DNA of 61,808 bases, filler included, from Kipferlia bialata (Eukaryota): NCBI GenBank assembly GCA_003568945.1. It is 5 parts of 5 records of this genome, joined end to end, with 100 filler letters (N's around TTAATTAATTAA, not from the genome) between each part and the next. Parts side by side here need not be neighbours in the genome. Positions count along the whole stretch, not along the records: positions 15,426 to 30,749 come from BDIP01000716.1; positions 30,850 to 41,929 come from BDIP01000717.1; 3 more parts are not named here. One strand, given 5' to 3'. Below, in pieces: positions 24,778-37,071 of this stretch (position 1 is the first letter of the stretch; every line of letters starts with the position of its first letter). The notes beneath the pieces are model-generated. The model did not search any database and was not told the origin of the DNA. It worked only from the letters and a program-made list of their open reading frames with translations. A program made the position numbers and the translations under genes.

Positions 24778-27635
24778 AAGAGGAGAATGTTATCTATGAA
24801 CCAGGGAGAGACAATGGTACAGTCATACCTTGGAGAGTGCGTTGTTGTAGAATCCCTCGAACTTGTCAGTCCCGGCCATAAGGAGAGATCCAAGCTGGGG
24901 ATGAGAATAGAGCAATGTGTATAGGTATATGCATATCTTAATAATATATCATAAATTCATGAGAAAGGACCCAAGCTGGGAATGAGAGGAGGAAATGTTT
25001 GAACCAGGAAGAATAGAGGTTGATTCTTGGAGATACTAATATGTGTGCTGAAGCATTGAGGTAATGGACAGGGCTATATAGTATCGTATATAGTATAGGA
25101 AAGTAAATATATTTATACATATACCTCCAGATACTGCTGTGTGTACATCAGCATTGACGCAGTGTGCATAGCCCACAACACATTGTGCTCAACCTTACGC
25201 GCCCTGACGTCAGTAATGTAGAGAGAGAGAATGTACAAAGCCGTACATGCCCGGACATCAAAAGTACAAGGACATATGTAGATGCTCTATAACAGACCCT
25301 ACCTGGTTGTGATAGCCTCTGCGTAGTGTGACCCGACGTCCCTCTGGACATAGAGGGCAATGGACCTGGCATCAGACAAGGCAGCACTCACGCGATAATA
25401 GTTACGCGATACCTCAAGCTCTTGACAATGTCGTCTGGAAGGTGGAACCCATCAGTCACCCCCTTCTCAAGAGAGACGTCTACTGTCCATGCAGACATGG
25501 TGTGCTCACAGGCATCGAGACGGGCATCAACCTGGTTATTAGCCACTATCGCGTAATATTCGTGTAATCGCGTAGGGTATGGGTTGTACTAGATATGTAT
25601 ACCTTTGCCTCTGCGTCTGCAGTATCCACCATGCTCTGTATGGGCTCTAGGTTGTCAAGGGCACCGGCTAAGATGAGCTCGGCACAGGAGATCTGGGCAA
25701 GCCTGGAGTAAGTCCCTTAAGCTGCGCGATTGTATATATATATCATACCTGAGCACTGGGAGGCCTGTCTGTGACTCCAGTACATCCAGGTGTCTGTGCT
25801 GCAGAGAGGGGGTGGACAGCAGGGTGACCAGCTCAATGCTGATGTTAATGAAAACATAACGAATGAGTTGCGAAGGGAGTTGTAGTAAGTTGTATTAATC
25901 AGAGACTGAATGTAGATGTGGAGAGAGGGGGTGGACAGGAGGGTGACCAGCTCGATGCTGGGGTTAGAGATAATGAAGACAAACAATATGGGAGACGAAG
26001 ATATTTGAAGTCGGAGTAGTTATGCTAGTAAAGAGACAGTAGGTGACTCAGAGTATACAGTAGTATACAGTTAGTATTTACATAGTATATAATATATATA
26101 TAGAATGTCCATAGATAAGTGTAAATCAGTACCTAGGTAGCAGCTGCTGGTGGCACTGGTGCAGAGCCTTGGCAAAGGACAGGTTGGGGTGGGCACTGCC
26201 CTTGTGCCACTTGCCACGGGAGTCCCTATATGTTAGTGACTATTTGCATATGGTTATGTATATATTCTTATAGACACACATACACACTAAGACCACGGGA
26301 GTCCCTATCAGAAAGTGTACACACAAACACACACTTCTATATAGAAGGTTGATATATATACATATAGAGAGAGAGAGAGAGAGAGAGACTGAATACGCGT
26401 AGATGACTCACCTGTAGCGCTCCTCCTCGTAACCAGCCTCCATGTCAGCTACACAGGTGGTCATGGCCTTCATGGTCTACGCGTCAGATCAAACATCGTG
26501 TAGAAAACACAAATTATATCATATAAGTGCTATACCTACAGAATGAACTTGTTTGCTTACAAATGTGAAACAAACCTTATTGAGCTCTGTGGCGTCGAGG
26601 GTCTCGATAGGGACACTCTGTAGGAGAGCAATGGTCTGGTTGGCCTCTCTCAGCAGGGTGGTGCACCTGAGAGATTAGACATCGTGTAGGAACTCTAATC
26701 GAGTATATTACACGATAATACCTGTGTAGAAGGAGCGGGTGCCCTGCCAGTGTGTCTAGCTTGGGAGACACTGCCACCCCCTCTATCCCCAGTTGGGCTG
26801 ACCACCTGTCAATGAGGCGGATACCACGCTGGGAGGCCCTGACGTCAGTATATATATTGATTGATCATCATCACATATGTAACCAATATAAAATTGTAGC
26901 AGGAGTGAGGCGGATGCCACGCTGGGAGGTCATTATCATATCATTGAACATTATACAAATACATAGACAACAGTATGAATATAGGAAAATGCTACTTGTG
27001 CACATATATATAGGATGAGCTCATCTAAGTAGAAGTAATGTATACGCTCCACAACAATAATGAATACATAGAAATAATATATACATAGTTATAGTATATA
27101 TACATAGTTACTGTATATATATATATATACATACCTCAGGAGTTGGATGAGCTCGTCAAGCACATCCTCGACCACCACTGCACTGCGGTCACTGGGCCTG
27201 ATGTTAGTGTAGATGCCAATGTCTACATACAACATAGAAACAGGGAGTATAGTAAAATACAGCCCTCCATACCTATGGTACTTTGTGAACTGGATAGGTC
27301 TGCCCGATGCCTCTCTCTTGACATTGTCAATCTTGGACACACTGGCACTCTGGTGTCAGAACACTACACGGTACCGAGAGATTATAACGCGATAATACTG
27401 GCACTCTGAAGTCAGTATACAGTTAGAACACTACACGGTTCCAATAGATATACTTACGCGATATACGTACCACTGTGCCACCGACAGGGACCAGTGCCTC
27501 ACTAGGCTGGTCGTGTGATGCATATGCCAGTCTATCTTCGATGCTGATCCTGCCCCTGGCTGTGGCTGGGAGGGTGCCCCTTGCAGTCATGGGTATCTGG
27601 GGTGAGGAGTATGACATATATAGTATATATCATAT

Positions 27636-27666
<31 letters not shown>

Positions 27667-27783
27667 GAAAGACCTGGGAGTGAGATGTGTTATAGGTTGT
27701 TTTCCATAATATAGTATGTGGAGAGATGTACGATACCGCTAGCAGTATGGGGGATCTCGTGTGAGGATTATGATAGGGTGTAG

Positions 27784-27826
<43 letters not shown>

Positions 27827-30640
27827 GGAGTACCTGACTGCCGGGGTTGCTAGGCAGGGCTGCTGGCCTGCACATGGAGACACCCAGCTCAGACTCAAAC
27901 TCAATGACAGGGACGGCGGAGGCTGCCATGGCCTAGGGTGAGTACTATTCTACACGATGTGTATATACTACACACGATATGTTGTACCTCCCGGGCCAGT
28001 AGCAGACCACTCCCAATGGGGTCTCCAGTGAGAGATGCCTTCTCAATAGCGAGGGGGATAACAGGGAGACCTACTAGTCAGCAAGCATTGAACCAAACAC
28101 CCAAAGAACCATATAAAGAATAGCCCATGTCCTCAAATGATGTTACACTAGGTTACCTGTGTTTTCACCGAATGACACGACCAGACCCCCACTCTTGAGC
28201 ATAGACTGGCACATGTCGTCCTGGTGTAAGTATCTATACATATACACATATATATGAGATATACAAATGTGTATGCATGAGCATAGATTGGTACATGTCG
28301 TCCTGAAGTTAAGAAGAAACACAAACACTAATAGGTACACACTAAGAACTAGTGTTCACATATATATGCCAGTATTGTACTGTCACATAACTGAGACGCC
28401 TTGCCCCCCTCCACCAGTATACATAAGTAGTATATATATAGCCAGATATATATACTCGCTCATGTATAATACGCTAGAATTGCTCTGTCCAATACCTGGG
28501 ATGCCTTGCCCCCCTCGACCAGAGTCCCTACACGGTACATGATGGCTAGGAACTCTGACACGTCGGGAAGAGGGAATTCCTAGGGTAAGAGACACAATAG
28601 TAATATTCTAAATATTTGCATATGCCGGATAGAGACTATATGGACGATATGGACTGTACTTTACCTCGTGCAGGAATGCAAGTGGCTTCTTAACCATAGA
28701 CATCTCTCTCCCACTCTCTCTCTCTCCCTCTCCCTCAGCAAGTGACTCTAGGAAGTCGTGTCTCAGGTGCGTCAGGCAGTCACACCGCGTAAGAATGGTT
28801 CTGGGTGTGAGCATACAATGTGGACACAATTATTGCAGTAGAAGAATCATAGCAATTGGGATAAGCATACCTAGTGACTCCACTGAGCCAGCTAGCGATA
28901 CTGGTGAGCTGACTAGACATACGCCTGTGTGTTGCCTGTCTCTCCACCGCAATGGTCTGGATGTCAGTCAAGTTACCTACACGGTATCAATGCTACACTA
29001 TGTACCTTGGCAGTCTCTGGAAGTCTCACGATGAACCCATGGATCCTGGCCAGGGCAAGGTGTGTCTCTAGGTGTATGTAGCACCCTCTGGACAGCATAG
29101 CATCACAGTAGGCATCTAGGGCCTCGTAGCATACCTGCCTGATAGTGAGTGCTAACTGACTATATAACAATATATATATATATATAACTATATATATAAT
29201 ATAGACGGTGTGCACATCATACTCACCACTTATCGGTGTTGCCCATCAGACTCTCCACCAGTCTCTCCAGTGCCACCTCCTGAGAGGGCAGGTTGATGGG
29301 GGCAGTCAGGGCCTGCGAAGTGAGGTAGTGCATACACAATATTCATGATGAGATGTAGACATATATAGAGTAGACTTGGAATATGAAGGAGGTTGATGGG
29401 GGCAGTCAGGGTCTGGGACGTGAGATGTGGGTAGAGAGCAAGTGACATCAATAGACGACTACTACTATATCGCTACTTATACACAGTTATACTATTGTAT
29501 TACCTCGTGAAGCTTCTGCACCCTCTTGACCACACATGTGGCTGCTGCCAGGAGTATGTCTGCATGCACTGTGGCCGAGTCCCTCCTCCCCACCTCCAGT
29601 CTGCTCTGCAGGGCTGCCTACATATAAGTATCGGTATCAAAGAGAGGGAGAGAGGGAGAGAGATAGAGCCCCCAGTCTGCTCTGCAGGGCTGCCTAGATA
29701 TTAGTATCAGATACAGAATCAAAGGACATCTGGACAGGTTTAGAGAGAGAGAGATAGAAAGCCGGATTAGAGGGGAGAGAGAGAGATGTGGCTCAAAGAA
29801 CGGAGAATATTCCACATGTTGGCTATTTTGACTATTGATGTAAGGAGAGAGAGAGAATCAGGTACCTTTGACGAGTGCAAGTGTGAGACTGCCCCGCCAT
29901 AGAATGCATCCACTGGTATGGACTGCACCAGTGACTGGTAGTCATCAAGGAGAGACTGCTCGGCATCGAAGACTGAGGCCTGGAGAGGTGAGGCAAGAAA
30001 ACATAGAAATGAGAAGCAGAGAAGAAGATAATACATAATTGGATAAGAAGCATAAATATACCCACCTTGAGTGCCTCGATGGCAGAAGGTGGCAGGAAGG
30101 CTGGGAGGTCATCCTCAGTCTTGAGTGATGACACACTCTCTACCACCTCCTCTCCCTCCTCTCTGAAGTGTGCCAGTAGTGATGAATAGTCAGCGTGACC
30201 AGTGGCATCTAGAATAGCAGACGAGGAGAGGCATAGGGGCTGATCAAGGTGCTGGGGTGAGAGGGGTATAGATGAGTTTATATATATAGAGAGAGAGCGA
30301 GAGATAGAAAGAGAGAGAGAGAGAGATTATACCTGCTGCAGCTGTCTGATCAGTGCGTTGTGGCACTTTAGGGCATTGGGCACGACATGGGCATACTTGG
30401 GGCCTGGCATTAGAGGAAAACAACAATTTCCTACTTTATCAGAATATATGGGGCGCATCCTCGGCCCCTAACGTATTAGAGCTGCTATACTATAAGTGGG
30501 TACTAACCTAACAAAGCCGCATAGTCTCTGATGCAGCTGGTGACAGGTATTGGCATCCCATCGGTGTGTATGATGGGGTTTTCTGTCCCCTTCCACTCCT
30601 TGAAGGTATCCATAAGGCCGGTCAGGCCGTGCTGCCTCAC
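15426..30640 (-). CDS. Highly divergent dynein heavy chain-like protein (tail/linker, AAA1-AAA3), dozens of exons, truncated at both contig ends
   Basis: Collinear dynein landmarks: IELVTLLSTPSLQHRHLDVLESQTG..ELILAGALDNLEPIQSMVDTADAEAK (DHC_N2), CGYDWLGCPTQVEMPP (cf. YGYEYLG..RLVITP), VARIFGQSPFLLCCN..GNLLLDGRFVILI (AAA1), SRTVGKTWTT and ICLADLNM (AAA3 Walker A/B positions). Confidence 0.8.
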
Positions 30641-30695
30641 CTATCGCGTAAGAAAATAACCACCCATACATATACACAAGATCCTAATGGACCTA

Positions 30696-30749
<54 letters not shown>

Positions 30750-30849
30750 NNNNNNNNNNNNNNNNNNNNNNNNNNNNNNNNNNNNNNNNNNNNTTAATTA
30801 ATTAANNNNNNNNNNNNNNNNNNNNNNNNNNNNNNNNNNNNNNNNNNNN
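30750..30849. other. Artificial contig spacer
   Basis: N-run, TTAATTAATTAA, N-run. Confidence 0.98.
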
Positions 30850-30857
30850 CCTCCTTC

Positions 30858-30889
<32 letters not shown>

Positions 30890-30911
30890 TTCATCCTCTC
30901 CCCCTAACCAC

Positions 30912-33900
30912 CAGAGCCGCTATGCGCATGTCCAGGAATGACCCCCAGATCCTCAACTGGAATGCAGATCTCTGCATGTTCTGGCGGAATAACAGTGTCC
31001 ACGTGTCCACTTGGCCGAGAATAGGGGCTAGGTGTGGTAGCCAGCTGTCATATAGTATTAATCCTTGCGTACATATATATTGATAATGATTATATATATA
31101 CATATGCGGGTTCCGTCTTATCATCAGGGATGTGGATCTCTACCAGCTGTACAGGGCCATATCAAGTGAGGGCGGATTGAACAAGGTGAGATGGGGTCTC
31201 ATGTCACCTCACAGGCCTATCCTATACCAACCTACTCAGCTCTACTGGTTCATTGTCTGATGCTTCTCTGTAACCCGTAGGTGCTGCTAGACGGTGGCTT
31301 CCCCAGGATAGCCAGACAGCTGCGGTACAGTCATCCCGAGCACTGCCCAGGTGAGAGGGCGCTGGTATTCATCTATCTGTGTGTGTGTATTCTGAGTATG
31401 CATCCAGCATATCTGACCCAAGGCCAGCTGATCCGCATCTGCTACGAGAAGACCCTGTTTCTCTTCGAGCAGCAGGCCCTCTTCAGCCAAAGGGCCTCGC
31501 AGGAGCAGGTGGGTGGGTGACATGGATGTGTGGGGAAGGGTATGCGTCAGATTCAGAGCGAAGTCTCAATACTGTTTAAGTGTCCTGCTGGTGTACTATT
31601 CAGCCACTATCATTGGTCCCACCCCAGATCCGGTATGTCAGGATGGTGTGGCTCAAGTACCCAAGGGACTGGACCTCAGACACCCCCTCCGACCCCTCGG
31701 AGGCACAGGTGCGGCAGAAAACTCTGGAAGCAGTGCTAGAGTCAGTCGTGGAGTGTATCTGTTGCGTATGGGTATATATTGATATATATATGTATATACT
31801 ATTACTATTACTATGACTGTTCCCCCTAACTATCCTAGGCCATCCGTGAACTTGCATCCACGGCCCCTTTCAACGACCACCGTGCCACCCCCGTGCCCAC
31901 CCATGTACTGAGTGAGGAGGCAGCCCAGGTGGGGGCATGGCAGATAACAGATATCAGTACATCAGATATCAATGAAACGGACAGCGGGTGTTGGATGTAT
32001 ACCATTCTCGTCTCACGCCAGACCCGTGATGTCCTTGCGCCCTCCCAGCTGAGGACAGTGATGGACCAGTGTCAGACGGCAGTGGCCTGTGGCAGCCTGA
32101 GGGGACAGGTATGATATCTATATATATATATTCCATATGTGGGAGTGTGTGTTATAGCTACATTAGCCCTGTGTATCTAGAGAGTGTCTCGCCCACCCCA
32201 GGCCGACGTGACCTCTGCGCTAGACAGGGTCGAGGCCTGGTTGGCCGGGGGTGCCGCCCGTGCCCACCCCTCCACCCTCCGGAGGGATGTGCTGCCAGAC
32301 AGTGTGGACGTCACCATCAGGTGAGGGGCAGCGGGGTGGTAGTTGCCCATTGGCTGGTGTGTATCTCATCAGTCATCTCTACTCAATGCAGAAAGGGTCC
32401 AGGGCGGAGACCAAAGGGTGCTAGCAAGTTTGCCACAATTCCTCCCATTGCGCCAGTCCCAGCCGTTGGTCCCCATCTACCAGGTGCCATATGTGTGTAT
32501 ACCGTGATGTGTATATATACCGTGTGTATATCACGTATATGTACCATTGCCTGCCTCCTCCCTCATTGGACACATCTTCTACCCACCAAACCTAACCTTA
32601 CCTTACCTTACCTTACCGTACCGTACCTTACCTTACCTTACCTTACCTTCAGCGGATGGGTTGACGGGTACAGCTGGGCTGGGCTCCCTTGGCGTGGCTC
32701 TCCTCAAGGAGGCCGTGTCCTGGGTGGCCGATGCCTCGGACGCCCCTCCCCTCTCCGTCCCCCCCGTCCCCCCTGTGCCCACAGCAGACAGGCACCGGTG
32801 GGTGGGGGACACACTGCTAAGAGTGGTCAGAGTGGCTGGGGCACTCGGCACCGCCACCCAGGCAGCAGTAGGTGGGTGACCATGTGCGGGTAGTGTATGT
32901 ATAGCGGGTAGTCACTGCAGTCTCAACCCACCCCTCTTATTACGATGATGACCCACCCTCACTGTTAGTGAAGGATACCTCCCTAATCGGGGTTCTGTTC
33001 TCCCTGGCGTCTGGTATATCCCACCCTGCCATCCTGCAGCAGCGCACCCCGTGCTCCGTCTTCCCCCCCTCCCTCCCCCACTCCCTCCCCCCCTCTCTGG
33101 GTGAAGAGGCCGTCCTCGCCCTCATCCCCCTGGCCCCTGCCCCCATCCACCTCGACTCCCTCCCTATCGACCCAGGTGAGTAGTAGTGGGGGATGGGTCA
33201 CGTGGGTCTGTATGTGTTATCTTGCCCGATTGACCCTGTTTCACCTACACTCTTTCCACTACACCGTCCCAATAGCCCCTTCACCCTAAGGAGTGGTCTT
33301 GAAGTCTCTACTGGCGCCCCCTTTCTCCCTTCCTAGAGTGTATCTACTGGCCCAGCTGCTGACCTCTACCCGTAACCTCCAAGCGTTGCAGATGGGCACC
33401 CGTCCGCATGTGGGTACATAGGTGTATAAACTTGGATGGATGCATTTTCTCACTCGCAGGATATGATTTCTGGGTTACGCTCTGTCCTCTCTCAGTGTGC
33501 CCCAGACTCTCTGTATGCCCAGCGTGCGTACCTAGACTGCAAACCAGGCCAGGGTGATGGGGATGGGGAGACCGCCCCTGCCGTCCCGCCTTTCCACCCC
33601 CCTGGCTATCCACCCCATGGCTCTGGGGCACCCTCCCGACTCAGCGTGCCCTGCCCCCCTCTACCCCTCTCCCAAAGGGTCCAGGCCGTCCTGTCCTCAG
33701 CTGGGCCCCTCAGGGAAGGGGTGGGACCGAATAGGGGCTGGGTCGGCCACACGCGCACGGGTCTGGCCCACCTGCCAGTACCGCTCCACCCCCTAGCCTC
33801 GCACCTGGCCCTGTCCCGCCTAGCCATCCAGTGTATGCACGGCATGTGCCAAGATAACCAGGTGGGGGGGTGCATATGGATATGCGCATTTCAGATCTAT

Positions 33901-34289
33901 CAATGTAGATGAGTGATGCATTCCACACTATCCTATGCTATCTGTGAGATTTACAGGGTTCTCACAGCAGAGTCGGCGTATAGGCAACCGAGACACGTCT
34001 AGCATCTATGCCTCCCTTCTTGCCACTGACACCGTCCTAGTGGAACGGCTGACACGGTGTGTGGATATGGGGACAGACGCCATGGTGCCCACGCTCCACT
34101 CCGTCAGACACCTGTACCTGGCCGACATCCACCTGGGGCCCAAGGGGGGAGGGGTGGGGATGGGGGGGGCAACCTTCATCGCACCAGTTACATCCACCCG
34201 CACTAAGCTATGCTACTCCTCGCCTGACGCAGACCTCGCACAGCTGTTACTGCCCTTGCGACAGGACGCGGCGCTCATGGTCGTACAGG

Positions 34290-34326
<37 letters not shown>

Positions 34327-34646
34327 ATAGGTATCAGGGGTAGCTGTCGTGATGTGGGAGTGTCTATGGGAGTGTTCCTAACATGCAGTCGCTCCGGCTG
34401 TGTGCTGTCGATGCCGTTCTGCTCCTGGGGGCACTCCGCAGGGTCACAGCCCTACCAACCAAGGTGAGCATTGCGTTATCTATTAGTGTGTATGGGTATG
34501 TGTGTGTCTCTATCTTGGGAACTGGTCCCTAACTGTAGGCCCTCCTCCTCCTCGTGTCTCTCTGGGAGGCAGGGGAGGCCGGTAAGGCAGGGGCCGGCGA
34601 CGCAGTTGCTAGGGCCGCTAAGGTGGTTCTCGAGGACACACAATAG
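30912..34646 (+). CDS. ARID/BRIGHT DNA-binding domain protein with helical C-terminal region, multi-exon, possibly 5' partial
   Basis: Spliced WPRIGAR|DVDLYQLYRAISSEGGLNK|VLLDGGFPRIARQLRY..GQLIRICYEKTLFLFEQ fits the ARID consensus; ends AAKVVLEDTQ*. Confidence 0.8.
32591..32648 (+). repeat. (CCTTA)n pentamer array at an intron 3' end
   Basis: About 11 units with CCTAA/CCGTA variants, followed directly by the CAG acceptor. Confidence 0.9.
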
Positions 34647-34739
34647 ACCTCGCCGTCCATTGATTGATTGTGCAGGGAATTGAACCCTCTACTCGTTTGA
34701 TGCTTCTTCAATTGCCTTCCATGATTCTGCATTGTCTGC

Positions 34740-37060
34740 TGCTTGGTGTAACAGTGTCCTAGCCACAGCTGATGTGTCCTGAGATTAATCTTAGTCTTAT
34801 ACCCATGTAGATCTGCTCATACCCTCGGGATATTGGAAGTTGCTCCACGTACCGTGAGTCCAAGTCTTCTTGTCTTGTGGGAGTATGCCTTGAGAAGGGG
34901 CATCACCAGACGCTGCAGGTAGGTGCGCTGGGGTTACCGGTATCATTGGTGGAGTATTGGGCCAGAGACTTGTCTACCCGGTGATGAGGTTATGAGATCA
35001 GTAGCATTTCAGTGTGTTAGCTGGTATTAGCCACCTGACAAACACTTGCTGTGACCTCAGGTTTTCCGGCATCAAGACATCTCTTGTTTGGCACTATAAG
35101 ACCAGCTTCTCCCTGTTGTTACTCATCAATTACAAAGAGATACTACCACGACACATGTCCTATATTCAGTCAGAGTATTTTGACTCATGGTACTGAGTGA
35201 CTATGATATACGAAGTGGTATCACGACATTAGCTCTTCTGAGGATGCCCACCTCCAGAATACCAGATCCAAACTCTTCCCTCATGTAGTTTCGACCGAAT
35301 ATCTCTGCAGTATGCCAGGCCCGGGCCATATTGGCCGTGGAAGCCAGAAGGACTATCGACCTGGCTAGCACTCCTTGGACACGGCCTGGGTCAGGGACTA
35401 GGACACACTATCATGGTGCATTGGTGGTGTCCTTACCTAGCTCTCCCCCTGTGTCGGACACGGCACTGGGCATCTGCACCTCTGTGCGGTGGGTGCCGTA
35501 GAGGGGACCCACTGTGCTCATTGTCTGTATCTGGTGGAGAGTGTCCCATATCTGAGAGCCCTGAGTTACCGCTATCAGTTGTCGAGCCCAACGTCGACCC
35601 TGCCGCTCCCATCTAACCCCGCACCCCAACACCACAGCCTCGAAGAGCAGCCCCGCCTACCGTGAGATAGGACGCAACGCTACTGTTATACACATGGATC
35701 AGGCCTATATGTACTGCCACATGACATATTGGACCTTGTTACAGTGTTGCATTGTTATAGTGGTAGTGGTAGACGTCTGCTCTCCCACCTGCCTTGCTGC
35801 CTGGTCGTACCTCCCATGCAGGGTAGATATGCAGTTGTCTGATCCTGTAAGATAGTCCCGGCTTAACCCTGTGTAGGAGTAACATGTGGGAGCATGGTAC
35901 TTAGGTGGAGAGTTCCCACCGAAATCATAGCTCTTGTGGTGGTTACTATGATAACATGCACCGATACCTGAATGGTCCATATTGCCACAGACAATGGCTG
36001 TCATGATAATGAGTTGCAGTCTGGGTGGCATCAGAAGCTGGTCAGCACCACATCGATAGATACAGTCGGAGAGGAGGATGCCGGCCTGGGAGGAAGCGCA
36101 CTCCTAAAGAGCGTATTTATATGTGGAGAGTAATCCTCTGATTGAAGATATTGGCGATCGTAGCTGTCACATGCTACTTTGGGTCACTATGCTCATGATT
36201 CTCTTACCTGCAGCGAGTCGAGTGTGTGTACTGTGTTGTGAAAGGGGACACTTCGGTGGAACCTGAGTGTCACTCTTAGTCTAGATACTATCTCCTCCTA
36301 CAATTGATTTATGAAGCACTCGCTGTCGGTTACACAAGACTTGTGATGTATATGATTGCATCTACTATCATTTACCCCACTAAGTCCTTGTTGCGTACCT
36401 ATATATGGTAAATAGTGTCTTCATTAGGCTGCGCAGCTGTATATGCACGTTTGCAGTGGCTGTCTGGTATGTTCTTGCGTGCACATATAGCCACCTGGTG
36501 GTCAGAGCTCTCTTTGAGAGAACTATATCAGGGTGATGTTTGGAAATTGAAGTCTTGGAAATGGACACCATCGGTGACAAAACAGTACCCGAAAGCAAAC
36601 TCGCCAAACTTGGCTTGGAATGTGTGTGCATCAAAGCGTGGGTCTGCAACTGCCTGTTGTAGTAGCGCTTGGGCCTCTCTATTGGCTGTCGGTTAGTCCA
36701 TATGCGCTTCGGATTTCCACCAGGTGTCCCTAGGCGTACAATTACTGTCAAATTCCACACATAGTACTGATAGAACATACCATGGAGACAGTGGTATGCC
36801 ACGAGGAGAGAGTCCACACATTGCTCACAGGTGACTGTCAGTGGTACACTGTGTCTGATCTCTGGCAGTGTGACAGGCACTACCCTCACTGCACCTGACT
36901 TGTCTACAATGTCATGTATGGTCATACACTCCCTAGTCACACACTGTCTCTTGTGACTCATAGCATGCCGGCCATTAGGGCTCGAAAGACAGCCGGTATA
37001 GATGTCTGCAGAGCTGGGAACGGAGACGTCGGACTCCCCATCCCTTTGACACTCCACCGT
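34740..37060 (-). CDS. Degenerate class I cyclic-nucleotide phosphodiesterase (PDEase_I) domain, multi-exon
   Basis: Phase-consistent exons: LFTIYR|FHRSVPFHNTVHTLDSLQ|...IIMTAIVCGNMDHS|GLSRDYL..ISTLHG; ARQLIAVTQ; SIVLLASTANMARAWHTAEIFGRNYMREEFGSGILE; RLVMPLL, in PDE motif order. Confidence 0.75.
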
Positions 37061-37071
37061 ATATATAGGGG

